Below, piece after piece: positions 38,581-48,830 of a stretch of 64,000 nt of DNA. The number at the start of each line of letters is the position of its first letter. Positions within the stretch are counted from its first letter, which is position 1. Position numbers and translations under genes: made by a program. Location: IMG/VR virus record IMGVR_UViG_3300028805_003982, one strand, 5' to 3'. The notes beneath the pieces are model-generated. The model was not told the origin of the DNA. It ran no database searches and saw only the letters and a program-made list of their open reading frames with translations. The stretch is from a virus. Its lineage: Duplodnaviria; Caudoviricetes.

Positions 38581-40110
38581 ATGGCTGATAAAGACCTTTC
38601 GATCAAGATTACTACAAAAAACGGTGCTGTAATAGCTTCTGATGTCGTTGAAAATTCTCAAAACGCTTGTTTTGAGTTTATCGGCAAAGTGTTTAAGCAG
38701 CGTGCAGAAGAAGGCATGATCCCGGAAACGCTCTTGGTAGAAACGTCTGCCGGTAATGCATCTTACGCCTTAAATAAAAGGGGCACTTACGTACGCAACA
38801 GTGACGGAGCCACTATGCCGTCAATGTTTGTTGTTGAACATTATAATAATATAATCACCATGGATGAGAGTCCCGATTATAAAGAAAAGTATCTTACCTG
38901 CGTTAACTTCGGCAGCAATAACTATAAGTACTATTGGTTAAAGCCGGGGCCTAACGGCATTGATGCCACTTATGGCAGAATAGGAGCCAAGAAAGGCGAG
39001 ATGTTCGGTGAAAAGTCTTTGGACGAGCCTTATCCCGAGCATATGTATTGGATCAGGTATTACGAAAAACTGTCTAAAGGATATGAAGATTCTACAGATA
39101 TTTATCTTAACGAAGAAACCGTCGATGCCAAGACTACTGACGCAGACGATTCTCAGGTTGTAGATGTTGCTAAAACAAATAACGCAGTTGTTGACGCCCC
39201 GTCTATGGCTCTTTACAGAAAACTTAAGGCTTGTTCCAGACAGTACGTACAGGATCGAGTCAGTATAAGCACACAGAAGATCACTTCTGCTCATTTTGAA
39301 GCTTGTACCAAATCTCTTAAAGAACTTTATGATCTTGCTAACGGCGGCTGTTCTGTCGACGCTTTTAATAATCAGCTCAGAAAACTTCTTATGATAGTTC
39401 CACGCCCTGCTCGTTTTATCGAAGAGGCGGTGGCGCATTCCTCTAAGGATTTTGCCAAGGTGCTCGATAGAGAGCAGACACTTGTTAATGCTATGCAGTG
39501 TCTTGTAGCTGATCATGTAGCACTTAAAACGGAAGACGGTTTCGGAAGTCATAACATTAAGGTGTATGAGGCTACCGATAAGCAGAAGGAAGAAGTTCTT
39601 AAAAAGCTTCCTGCCAATCTGGCAAGCTGCGTAAAGCACGTTTACAGGGTTATACCGGAAGGACAGAAAGCAAAATTCAATCAGTATCTTGAGGATAATC
39701 ACATACATAAGGTAAAACAGTTCTGGCACGGTTCCCGCACAGAAAACTGGTTTTCCATTATATTGAACTCGCTTCAGCTTTCCCCGGATGCCGTCACAAC
39801 AGGAAAGATGTTCGGTCAAGGCATCTATTTTGCCCCGTCGGCGCAAAAGTCTTGGGGTTATACTTCCGGCCGCGGTTCCTATTGGGCGCACGGGCGCGAT
39901 AATACTTCATATATGGGACTGTTTGCGACCGCCTACGGACATCCGTATGATGTAAATTCCGCATTGGGATCTTATTTTAACAAGAGTGGGCTGCCTCGCG
40001 GAACTGACTGCGTTCATGCACATGCCGGTACTCAGCTCCGTAATGACGAGGTTATCTTTTATGATGAAAGTGCGGTGCTGTTGAATTACATAGTTGAGTT
40101 TGAAAACTGA
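38581..40110 (+). CDS. Poly(ADP-ribose) polymerase-like protein (WGR, helical and catalytic domains)
   Basis: NNYKYY...YGRIG (WGR); WHGSR, GKMFGQGIYFA....KS.GY, LRNDEVIFY (H-Y-E triad). Confidence 0.9.
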   Translation: MADKDLSIKITTKNGAVIASDVVENSQNACFEFIGKVFKQRAEEGMIPETLLVETSAGNASYALNKRGTYVRNSDGATMPSMFVVEHYNNIITMDESPDYKEKYLTCVNFGSNNYKYYWLKPGPNGIDATYGRIGAKKGEMFGEKSLDEPYPEHMYWIRYYEKLSKGYEDSTDIYLNEETVDAKTTDADDSQVVDVAKTNNAVVDAPSMALYRKLKACSRQYVQDRVSISTQKITSAHFEACTKSLKELYDLANGGCSVDAFNNQLRKLLMIVPRPARFIEEAVAHSSKDFAKVLDREQTLVNAMQCLVADHVALKTEDGFGSHNIKVYEATDKQKEEVLKKLPANLASCVKHVYRVIPEGQKAKFNQYLEDNHIHKVKQFWHGSRTENWFSIILNSLQLSPDAVTTGKMFGQGIYFAPSAQKSWGYTSGRGSYWAHGRDNTSYMGLFATAYGHPYDVNSALGSYFNKSGLPRGTDCVHAHAGTQLRNDEVIFYDESAVLLNYIVEFEN

Positions 40111-40123
40111 TCAGACTAATCGC

Positions 40124-40151
40124 AAAGAGGGAAATCAGTTCCCTCTTTTTG
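40124..40151 (+). terminator. Intrinsic terminator
   Basis: aaagagggaa-N5-ttccctcttttt. Confidence 0.8.
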
Positions 40152-40256
40152 TTGTAGAACAATCGTAGGAATACAATTAGTAAAATTTGCTGTTATACTT
40201 AAATTGTCCCTATATAGTGTATCTTGACGGGACTTTTTTACGGAGGTCATTATTAA

Positions 40257-42464
40257 ATGATAGGTATTTTGGTAGAAAAAAGCTCAGCGCGAGACAATTT
40301 TAAGAAGGCTCTGGGCGGTTATAGCGGGACTTTTGACGGACAGGAATACTTGATCGTTGCCGCAGCAGGCCACGTTTATGAGTATCGCCAGCCCGAAGAT
40401 ATGGTCAGCGAGGAACTCTATAATCGTTACAAGAAATGGAACCTTGATTATTTGCCTTGGAATCACAAAGATTTCAGCTGGGTTAAAAAAGTGTGTGATG
40501 ATAAGAAAGAGGTTTTTAAGCGCGTAAAAGAAGCCCTTTCTGGTTGTGATGAAGTAGTTATAGCAACTGATGATGACCCTACCGGAGAAGGCGAGATGAT
40601 CGCCTGGGAACTGTTTGACGGCATAAAGCTTAAAGGGAAAAAGATTTCCCGTATGTATTTTGCCGATGAACAGGAGAAGGAAATACGTAAGGCATTCAAG
40701 AACCGAGTGCCGATTACGTCAAAAGAGGAAGATAAGGATTATATCAAAGCTGAGTTCCGTGAACGCTGGGATTATCTGTCAATGCAGTGGACCCGCATGA
40801 TGACTTGCATCGCTCCCGACAGGGCCAAATTAGTTACAGGACGTGTTAAGGGATATATGACGGTGCGTGTCGGTGACCAGCTTGAGCTGATCAAGAACTA
40901 TAAAGAGATACCTTTTTACGAAAACCGTTTTAAGGATGATCACGGTATAGTCTATTCCAACAAGGAAGAAGAAAAATATGCGAGCAAAGAGGAAGTCCCT
41001 CAGATCTATCATTCTTCTGAGGTTGTGTTGGACAATACTCAGCGCAAGCATTCAGGTCCTCCCGCGTTGCTTGACATGTCTTCGCTTGCCGCCGTTCTTG
41101 CAGAAAAAGGCTACAGTGCAAATCAGGTTAAAAATACATATCAGAAAATGTATGAAAACCAGGTTTTGTCATATCCGCGTACTGCAGATAAGACCATTAC
41201 GCCGGATCAGTTTGCAGAACTTCTGCCTTTAGCAGATGATATTGCCAAGGTGATCGGAGTCGATCCTTCCCTGTTAACTCATCGTGAGCCCAGAAAAACA
41301 CATGTTAAAGCTGACAGTGGTGCCCACGGAGCTAACCGTCCGGGTCCCAATGTACCCAAGTCTTTAAAAGAACTTGAGGACAATTACGGGGGCAAGTTGG
41401 CTTCTGCGATCTACGTGATCCTTGCAAGAAACTTTTTAGCTCTGCTTGGTGAAGACTATGTGTATGATCATCAGACAGGGCATGTTAAAGACTATCCGCA
41501 GTTTATAGGAAGCTGTAATATCCCGGTTGACTACGGTTTTAAAAAGATCTTCGACATCAAGGATTCCGAAGAAAACAAGGACATCAATGCGCAGGGGCTT
41601 GGCACTAAGGCTGATCCTTTTGTCTATGAAGGATTCCCGCCTAAACCCCAGTCTCCTACGATGCGTTGGCTTATGAAAGAGCTTGAGAAGCATGATGTGG
41701 GAACTGGTGCTACAAGAACTCAGATATATGCTCAGATGACGGATACTAAGAATAAGTGTCATCTTTTTGAAGATACCAAGGGTAAGATCAAGATGACTGA
41801 GTTTGGTGAAGAGGCCTATTATCTGCTGAAAGACACTCATATAGGTTCTCTTGACCTGACAAAACAGCTTTGGGAAGATATCAAGGGTGCCGTAGATGAT
41901 GAGAACAAGGCTAAGATGATCATATCCCAGGTCGCCGTTTTTATTGAAGAAGATATGTCTGTGATGAAAAAGAATGCAGAAGCTCTTCCCGAAAAATTCA
42001 AAAAGAAAGAACAGATCCAGTATCCTAAAAAGGAAAAGTATACAGGCGTCTGGCAGGGAGACAGTGTTACCTTTAATCGTGAATGGATGGGACATAAGTT
42101 TACAGACGATGAGTGTGAGCAGCTTTGCGCCGGCAAAACCATTCAGATAACTTGTGTATCGTCTAAGGGCAAGGAGTATACCTGTAAAGGTTATCTGTCT
42201 GAGCAGGAATTCATCAACGAGAAAAAGCAGAAGGTGTCCTTTGTAGGCTTCTGCAGACTTGATGAGATTCCAGCCGAGTGGTGTCACCACAGATTCAGTC
42301 AGGATGAATTGGATAAGCTGGCTGAGGGTGAATCCATTGAGATAACGGCACACAGCGATACGAAAGGCAAGGATTTTACCTGTAACGTATCGTGGGGCAA
42401 GAATTCCAAAGGATTCATGTCCATTATTCCCGAGTTTGAGAAAAAGATAAAGAAGAGGTCTTGA
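40257..42464 (+). CDS. Type IA DNA topoisomerase (TopB-like, mobile-element type) with C-terminal repeats
   Basis: LVEK.S, ATD.D..GE.I, GRV, LSYPRT (catalytic Tyr), H.A.RP, GTGATR. Confidence 0.93.
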   Translation: MIGILVEKSSARDNFKKALGGYSGTFDGQEYLIVAAAGHVYEYRQPEDMVSEELYNRYKKWNLDYLPWNHKDFSWVKKVCDDKKEVFKRVKEALSGCDEVVIATDDDPTGEGEMIAWELFDGIKLKGKKISRMYFADEQEKEIRKAFKNRVPITSKEEDKDYIKAEFRERWDYLSMQWTRMMTCIAPDRAKLVTGRVKGYMTVRVGDQLELIKNYKEIPFYENRFKDDHGIVYSNKEEEKYASKEEVPQIYHSSEVVLDNTQRKHSGPPALLDMSSLAAVLAEKGYSANQVKNTYQKMYENQVLSYPRTADKTITPDQFAELLPLADDIAKVIGVDPSLLTHREPRKTHVKADSGAHGANRPGPNVPKSLKELEDNYGGKLASAIYVILARNFLALLGEDYVYDHQTGHVKDYPQFIGSCNIPVDYGFKKIFDIKDSEENKDINAQGLGTKADPFVYEGFPPKPQSPTMRWLMKELEKHDVGTGATRTQIYAQMTDTKNKCHLFEDTKGKIKMTEFGEEAYYLLKDTHIGSLDLTKQLWEDIKGAVDDENKAKMIISQVAVFIEEDMSVMKKNAEALPEKFKKKEQIQYPKKEKYTGVWQGDSVTFNREWMGHKFTDDECEQLCAGKTIQITCVSSKGKEYTCKGYLSEQEFINEKKQKVSFVGFCRLDEIPAEWCHHRFSQDELDKLAEGESIEITAHSDTKGKDFTCNVSWGKNSKGFMSIIPEFEKKIKKRS

Positions 42465-42465
42465 T

Positions 42466-42981
42466 ATGGCTGATGAGATAAAATCAAACGATTTTAATGT
42501 CGTTGTGTATCACGATTTGAGCAAGGTATCGGACGTAGTGCTGATCAATTCAGGTACTTTGATAGCCAGGGGCGAAACAGCAAACCGTTTGCTCGAAGTG
42601 AAAGTCGTCGGTGACGTAATGATCTGGTGGAAAGACCCGGATTCAGACCGTGACCTGACGCTTTATCTTTATCCCAGCGAATTTCCTAAAGCTCTTACTG
42701 ATTTTATTAACAGCAGCCGGAACTGGGATCTCAAAACGGTACCGGGACAATTTGAACTCGATTCCAAGAACCGGTTTGAATTCAGTATCTGTAATAAAAG
42801 GGGTTCTGAAGTAGAGAAGATAGCCGTCTCCGAAGAAGATCTGTGCGGTAAGACGAGCGATGAGATCAAAGCTTGGATGATCGCCAAATATGTCCGCGTT
42901 ATAGAACAGATCTCAGACACCAAAAAGAGAGAACGTAAAATACAGGGATACGTCCATGATAACCCTGATATTTTCATATAA
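42466..42981 (+). CDS. Hypothetical protein
   Basis: GAGG RBS. Confidence 0.65.
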   Translation: MADEIKSNDFNVVVYHDLSKVSDVVLINSGTLIARGETANRLLEVKVVGDVMIWWKDPDSDRDLTLYLYPSEFPKALTDFINSSRNWDLKTVPGQFELDSKNRFEFSICNKRGSEVEKIAVSEEDLCGKTSDEIKAWMIAKYVRVIEQISDTKKRERKIQGYVHDNPDIFI

Positions 42982-43071
42982 ACAGGCAACTGAACCATTA
43001 ATAGTACATGCAATGTAAAATAAATGTTGCAAAAAGAACATCTGTTTGATAAAATGGGGGCACTTAGAGGG

Positions 43072-44514
43072 ATGACGGAACAAAAAACGGCTGTACAGTT
43101 TATACCACACGGGTATCAGAGAGTCGCTATAGACAAGGTTAAAAACACCAAGGATGTTGCATTATTGCTTGATTGCGGATTGGGTAAGACGATGATTACT
43201 TTGAAGGCTATAGTAGAGATGGGGCTCCACAACATTTTGATCGTAGCACCTAAACAGGTGGTTGAAAATGTTTGGGAACAGGAAGCCGCCAAGTGGACAG
43301 ACACTATGGGTCTTACTTTTTCAAAGATCCTGGGTACTCCTGCGCAGCGCTTAAAGGCCCTTAATACTCCGGCAGATATCTATCTGATCTCCAGGGATAA
43401 CATAACATGGCTGAGGGGGCTTAATCATCCGAAGGCTAATCTTAACACTTTTCAAATGATAGTTTTGGATGAGTCTTCAAGCTTTAAAAATCCTACGGCC
43501 GCAAGGACTGAGGCTCTTTATGGCTTTGATGTTCCCAAAAAGGTGCTGCTGACGGCTACACCGATGCCAAAGCACCTGCTGGACCTTTTTTCACAGTTTA
43601 AGATTATGGATTGCGGACGTATGTTGGGCAATGATTATTTTGCCTTTAAGACGACGTTTTTTGCAAACCACAACCCTCACTTCCCTGACTGGAAGCCTAA
43701 GAAGGGTGCTGAAGAGGCAATCTACAACAGGATCGCTCCTGTAACTCTTTCTATGAAGAACAAGGATCTGTTGAAGTTGCCCGAATTGGTCAAGGCGGAT
43801 AATGTGGTTTATTTCACTCTTGAAGAAAGGGCTTTGTATGATTCTTTGCGCGAGGATGCTGTTATCAAGATAATAGATGAGGCAGAAGGCGACGCAGAAA
43901 AGATCATACAGGCGGTTAATAAGGGCGTTCTGCAGGGTAAGCTGAGACAGCTTGCCAACGGGTTCTTATATGATACAAATGAGATGACCGGTGAAACTTC
44001 CGTCATAGACATAAGTAAATCTAAGATACATGCCCTGGAAAGTATCCTTGAAGCCTGCAGCGGCGAAACGGTCTTGGTGGCGTATCAGTTCAAGCATGAC
44101 CTTGAATTGCTCAACAAGATGGCTGAAGAAATGAAGCTTAATTATTGCAATCTGAGCGACCCTGACGGAATGATGAAATATGAGAATGGCGTTGATGTAG
44201 CTTTTCTTCACCCCAGGTCTTCCGGGTTTGGGCTTAACCTTCAGTCAAAGAGCCACAGACTTGTGTGGTATGCGCTGCCCTGGAGTTACGAAGAATATGA
44301 GCAGACTTGCGCCCGTGTATATAGACAAGGACAGAAGAATACCACATATATTCATACGATTGTCGCTGATGACACTGTTGATAATGACATCATCGATGCG
44401 CTGGCTTACAAGGGGGGCTTTAACGAAAGATTGAAAGCGTGTACGTTGGCGTATCTGAAAATGGCAAACGGTGCCATTTTGCTTAACAGAGTAAACACAG
44501 ACCATACATTATAA
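43072..44514 (+). CDS. SNF2-like phage-type helicase
   Basis: PHGYQ, GLGKT, LDESS.FK, LTATP, G.GLNLQ, ARVYRQGQ. Confidence 0.92.
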   Translation: MTEQKTAVQFIPHGYQRVAIDKVKNTKDVALLLDCGLGKTMITLKAIVEMGLHNILIVAPKQVVENVWEQEAAKWTDTMGLTFSKILGTPAQRLKALNTPADIYLISRDNITWLRGLNHPKANLNTFQMIVLDESSSFKNPTAARTEALYGFDVPKKVLLTATPMPKHLLDLFSQFKIMDCGRMLGNDYFAFKTTFFANHNPHFPDWKPKKGAEEAIYNRIAPVTLSMKNKDLLKLPELVKADNVVYFTLEERALYDSLREDAVIKIIDEAEGDAEKIIQAVNKGVLQGKLRQLANGFLYDTNEMTGETSVIDISKSKIHALESILEACSGETVLVAYQFKHDLELLNKMAEEMKLNYCNLSDPDGMMKYENGVDVAFLHPRSSGFGLNLQSKSHRLVWYALPWSYEEYEQTCARVYRQGQKNTTYIHTIVADDTVDNDIIDALAYKGGFNERLKACTLAYLKMANGAILLNRVNTDHTL

Positions 44515-44529
44515 CAGGAGGTATTGAAG

Positions 44530-44805
44530 ATGGAAAAAGATACGATGATTCTTAAGATCGCGGTCGGTACAAACGGCAATTGTTCCGTAGGGTATGACAA
44601 AGGCCAGATCGAAAATGCGGCTGATTTTTTGGACGCTCTGTCAGACGGGTTTTATGCTTTGCTGAAGTTTTATGATAAATTGCCTTCCAATTCGCAGCTG
44701 CGTTCAGTGGACAGCGATTCACAGGCGCCTGATGCAGAACAGCTTTTGCTGAATGCCGTGGATATTGCGATTTCTAAGTACAGGGATTTCGAAAATGGCG
44801 ACTGA
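44530..44805 (+). CDS. Hypothetical protein
   Basis: GGAGG RBS. Confidence 0.6.
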   Translation: MEKDTMILKIAVGTNGNCSVGYDKGQIENAADFLDALSDGFYALLKFYDKLPSNSQLRSVDSDSQAPDAEQLLLNAVDIAISKYRDFENGD

Positions 44806-45169
44806 TTCTTCATTCTGGGTAACTATTACCGAATACATATATCTGTATAACCCTTTACATGAACTGGCAAACAAAGAAAAGGCTGCTGGATCAAAGGCTT
44901 TATCTGAAATGCTCGATCTGATGGATCGTGCATGGCCGGATGCCGTAAGAAGGTTATCGCCGGCTCAGGCTCGTATTATTGATTGCTCGTGGGGCGGGTG
45001 TTCGGACGATGCAAGTCTTGCAGCAACTTTCGGCAAGACCGACCGGTGGATCAGGATGCAGCGCAGAGAAGCGTTGGAATCCTTGTGTGATTTTTACAGG
45101 AACGAGTGCGGGATCAACATATACGTCAATGAGTCAGCACATCAGTTATCCGAAGAAAGGGGGTTGTAA
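44795..45169 (+). CDS. Sigma region-4-like HTH protein
   Basis: LSPAQARII...SLAATFGKTDRWIR...REALESL. Confidence 0.55.
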   Translation: MATDSSFWVTITEYIYLYNPLHELANKEKAAGSKALSEMLDLMDRAWPDAVRRLSPAQARIIDCSWGGCSDDASLAATFGKTDRWIRMQRREALESLCDFYRNECGINIYVNESAHQLSEERGL

Positions 45170-45171
45170 AC

Positions 45172-45684
45172 GTGGGCTTAGGAAATTACCTTGAGAGGAG
45201 AAGAGAGCGTAAGGCCGCTAAAAAAGAAGCACGGAAGCAGAAATCCTTAGCGGAATACGCCCGCAGAAAGCTGTTTGGTAACATTATGACGGACGAAGAG
45301 TTCGATAATTTTTGCAAGACAGCCGAAGCAGAAAGGGCTGAGCAGGAAAAAGCCGATTGCTACGGATACTTTGTATATACTATGGATTTCGGATATTCAT
45401 CGGGGGCAAAGATCAAAAACAGTGATCAGTGCCTTTATTTTGACAACCTCTTTGAAATACGTGAGTGGGTAAGACAGTCCCTTTTGGGCAACAGGGTTTT
45501 TGGTACATATTCCTACAATCCTCACAAGTTTCTTCGTTTTATGCCGATCATCGCCGAGTTTGTGTCCGGTGATAAGATAAGGCGTATCTTAAGGATCACT
45601 GATATCGACGGGAGGGAACACTTTAATGCCCTGGAACGGAAATCCACGGAGCAGATCGACAATCTTCTCCGGTCACTCCCCTGA
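45172..45684 (+). CDS. Hypothetical protein
   Basis: Co-directional ORF. Confidence 0.65.
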   Translation: MGLGNYLERRRERKAAKKEARKQKSLAEYARRKLFGNIMTDEEFDNFCKTAEAERAEQEKADCYGYFVYTMDFGYSSGAKIKNSDQCLYFDNLFEIREWVRQSLLGNRVFGTYSYNPHKFLRFMPIIAEFVSGDKIRRILRITDIDGREHFNALERKSTEQIDNLLRSLP

Positions 45685-45912
45685 TAAAACCCGAGATCCC
45701 GGTTTTATATGTCGTTTATCGGCGTTTGCTAAATAAAAACACGTTATAAACCACCCATATTTAATTTTTTAGAGCATTGGTAACGATGCTCTTTTTATTT
45801 TGTCCTGAAATTCGGTGCACTTTCTAAAAACTGCCGTTATACTAATAAATATACTCGTGGGTTATTTAGTAGGATACCTACGCGCAAAAATGTATTCGGC
45901 GGTGCAGTTCAT

Positions 45913-46356
45913 ATGTATGATGACTTGGAATTTGGTAAAAATGAATATCTTACCGAAAGAAAGTCCTTGGTTCGCAGGATCAAAAGACAGGAAGATTCCA
46001 TAGATCTTCTTCGTGAAAAGCTTTTTGGGTCTGCGGGGGTGACTAACTATGAAGGCGGCTTTTTTGCCGGCTTTAATCCCGACAAGATCGACTATGTGGG
46101 ATACCAGATCGCTCTTAGAGCAAAACAGGTAGATGAAGCACATCTTCGTTTGAAGAGACTTGACTCTGAGTTTTGTTCGGCTGTTAACAAGTTTACCTAT
46201 AAGGAACGTATCATACTTTTTTGTATCTACTGGGACCAGAAAACTTTCACGGAAGCCGAAAGAGAAGTTCACGTAGCTCCCGGATATATTACCAATTCCA
46301 AGCTGTTGGATCGTTTTAAGTCGATCTTTTTAGTTGAAGGAGGGACGCAGTCATGA
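45913..46356 (+). CDS. ArpU/RinA-like transcriptional activator candidate
   Basis: Coiled coil, then KERIILFCIYWDQKTFTEAEREVHV. Confidence 0.5.
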   Translation: MYDDLEFGKNEYLTERKSLVRRIKRQEDSIDLLREKLFGSAGVTNYEGGFFAGFNPDKIDYVGYQIALRAKQVDEAHLRLKRLDSEFCSAVNKFTYKERIILFCIYWDQKTFTEAEREVHVAPGYITNSKLLDRFKSIFLVEGGTQS

Positions 46357-46790
46357 TAAAGATGATCCCTCAACAGTTTATTATTGCTCCTCAGAGCAAG
46401 GCGGAGTTTTCCAGAACCAGTGTTGCTTTGGTTTCCGGTAAATACAAGACCCTCTATTGGAAAAAACTGTCTGATTATGACCCTGAGTCCGATGTTAAGC
46501 TTTACACGGTTTCCCGCGAATATAAAAAATGGTTTGTCCATTATTACGGGGGAACAACGCCCGTAGATTTTATATATTACGACAAGTGCGAGCAGGCGAT
46601 GGCGGCAGCTGCCTCTTTGATGCATATGAGCGTGTCGTCCGCGAAGGAAGTTTGGAAGAATCTCGGGTTAATGCCCGGAGACGTGAAGATCCCCATCAGC
46701 GCAACACACGCAAGAAAGATCAAAGAAAGTGTCCGCAAAGACAACCGTGTTCCTAAGGATGTTCATGTAATCCAGAAGGAGGGTAAGTGA
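46353..46790 (+). CDS. Hypothetical, repeated-domain family member A
   Basis: QAMAAAASLMHMSVSSAKEVWKNLGL. Confidence 0.7.
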   Translation: MIKMIPQQFIIAPQSKAEFSRTSVALVSGKYKTLYWKKLSDYDPESDVKLYTVSREYKKWFVHYYGGTTPVDFIYYDKCEQAMAAAASLMHMSVSSAKEVWKNLGLMPGDVKIPISATHARKIKESVRKDNRVPKDVHVIQKEGK

Positions 46791-46791
46791 T

Positions 46792-47331
46792 ATGAATGCA
46801 CTGGCTCATCCTAACGTTAGAAAGGGACTGGTTGCTGTTCTTTCATCAGACGGAAACAGGATCGTATGGCTGCCTAAACAGCAGACTGAGGGTCGTTTGT
46901 ATAAAAGGCCGTGCTTTCCTGTCCGTAACAAGGGCGCTTGGGCGCTTGTCTGGCACGATACGGGCGAATTAGCGTCTAACTATTATTCCGATAAGACGAC
47001 CGCGTTGAGAGCAGCTTCTAACATTATGGGGGTTTCCTACACGAAAGTTCTTGATCTTATGTACAGCGTCGGCTTAGGAGATCGTGACCGTGAGGTGACC
47101 TGGAGCTGCAGACCTGTGGTCTGTGATCCGGCGGATTCCGAAGATGTTCTCGATGCCTTGCAGGATACCTTGGGGTATATGGCCTTTTCGACTCAAACAA
47201 GGAATCCGGATATATGCAAAGCTGCTTTGGACAGGGTTGTTTTTGAAGGTTCGGCTGATGCGGAACCCATAAAGAAATATTACGCGAAGAACACAAGAAG
47301 ATTGTTAAAAGGGAGGGTTAACAATGGGTAG
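46792..47331 (+). CDS. Hypothetical, repeated-domain family member B
   Basis: TALRAASNIMGVSYTKVLDLMYSVGL. Confidence 0.7.
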   Translation: MNALAHPNVRKGLVAVLSSDGNRIVWLPKQQTEGRLYKRPCFPVRNKGAWALVWHDTGELASNYYSDKTTALRAASNIMGVSYTKVLDLMYSVGLGDRDREVTWSCRPVVCDPADSEDVLDALQDTLGYMAFSTQTRNPDICKAALDRVVFEGSADAEPIKKYYAKNTRRLLKGRVNNG

Positions 47332-48259
47332 AGAGTATGAAGGCGTGAATACGCAAAGCAGTGATCTTGGAGATGTCAGGAGTTATGAGGACTTCCTCAA
47401 GTGGTTTGAGGATAATTATCCTAATGCCGCAATGAAAAAGGCGGAATTTACATTGGATAAGCTTAAGGAAAAATATCCGGAGCTGGAGAACTATGTTCTT
47501 TCCGCAAAGGATCGGGTCAGATATAACACTTTATGTCAGGATATCAGACTTCAGGCGTTGTATAAACTGATCGCCACAAGGCCGGCAGTAGATACCGAAC
47601 CCTGTGTGGGGATGGTGAATGGTAAGCCGCACTTTACTTGGGGGAAGGCTAAAGAGCATATTATCCATGGCACACATCCTATATACGTGGTCTCGTTTGA
47701 TTGCGAGGACTGGGTCGTGCATAAGCCTCTTAGCAACGAGGTCGTTAAGGCTTTTACTGTAGAAGCGCCGAATTCCAATGCTATAACGAATATTTATCCC
47801 GCTATTAAAGCACAGGCGGTTGCAGCAGCTGCTGAGCTGATGCATGTATCGGTTTCGGATGCATATAAGCTCTGGGCAAAGATGGGTTTTGCTCAATATT
47901 CTCCTGCAAACCCTGACAAGAATTTTGTTGTTTCGTTCTATCCGCCGACGGTCTTTAATTCGGCAAGCAAACTTATAGTCAATTTGATGGGAGACGAGTT
48001 TGTTTACAACGGTATTAGCAGAAACACGAATGAACCCGCTAAAAACAGACCCTTCCAGATATATGAGTGTTATAAGCATCTTGATATACAGGGCAACTTT
48101 TATGGTATCGACGCTGATGAGAAGTATCTGTACAGCAAGATCGAAAAGATCATCAGTATTAACAACGCTGCTCAGAGTGTTGAGGTGCAGATCAACGTCT
48201 TTGACTTGATGGAAGAGCTTACGGGGGTGCATATAGACCCAGTAGAACCCGGATTATAA
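47324..48259 (+). CDS. Hypothetical, repeated-domain family member C
   Basis: QAVAAAAELMHVSVSDAYKLWAKMGF. Confidence 0.7.
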   Translation: MGREYEGVNTQSSDLGDVRSYEDFLKWFEDNYPNAAMKKAEFTLDKLKEKYPELENYVLSAKDRVRYNTLCQDIRLQALYKLIATRPAVDTEPCVGMVNGKPHFTWGKAKEHIIHGTHPIYVVSFDCEDWVVHKPLSNEVVKAFTVEAPNSNAITNIYPAIKAQAVAAAAELMHVSVSDAYKLWAKMGFAQYSPANPDKNFVVSFYPPTVFNSASKLIVNLMGDEFVYNGISRNTNEPAKNRPFQIYECYKHLDIQGNFYGIDADEKYLYSKIEKIISINNAAQSVEVQINVFDLMEELTGVHIDPVEPGL

Positions 48260-48274
48260 GAAAGGAGGCCTGAC

Positions 48275-48817
48275 ATGACACAGTATGCCATAGCTTTGGA
48301 AACTACAGGAACAGATACCATGAGTGAGATCATTAAGGTCTCTTTGGTCGATATGTCTAATGATCAGGCAATACTTGATTGTCTGCTCGATACAGATCAC
48401 TGTTCACCGGGAAGGTGGCAGTCGATATACAGGTATAACACCGGGATCACTCCTGAAATGGTCGCAGGAAAAAGTTGTCTGTTCACGGAACCCGCGGTTC
48501 GTGCCAAGTTCAGCAATCTTCTTTGCAGAGCAGATCAGTTAGTGGCATATAGCGGTGATTTTGTCAGACTTATGCTTCAGATCAGCGGTATACAGCATCC
48601 GCCGATATACAGTCTTCAGGATGCGTTTGCTGAAGTGTACGGGCTTACGAACGCTGACGGATCATCCGCTACAAAGTATCAGAAGTTTCAGACCATGTGT
48701 GATTTCTATGGTATCGGGGCGGATCTTTCTACTACTTTGGGCAAGGCTCGCGCAACAGCGGCGTGCTATAGGGCTTTGTCCGCCAGGATTATTAATGATT
48801 CGCCGTTGGGTATGTAA
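48275..48817 (+). CDS. DEDDh 3'-5' exonuclease fold with degenerate active site
   Basis: IALETTG..EII, TGITPEMV, LVAYSGDFV..ML, TLGKARATA. Confidence 0.75.
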   Translation: MTQYAIALETTGTDTMSEIIKVSLVDMSNDQAILDCLLDTDHCSPGRWQSIYRYNTGITPEMVAGKSCLFTEPAVRAKFSNLLCRADQLVAYSGDFVRLMLQISGIQHPPIYSLQDAFAEVYGLTNADGSSATKYQKFQTMCDFYGIGADLSTTLGKARATAACYRALSARIINDSPLGM

Positions 48818-48830
48818 CGTGGAGGTAAAT

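Noticed and set aside
38938-42353. Long antisense ORFs (38938..39891, 41436..42353; similarly 5049..5726, 47531..48232, 52571..53215)
   Set aside because: Shadows of well-supported + strand genes, without RBS or motifs
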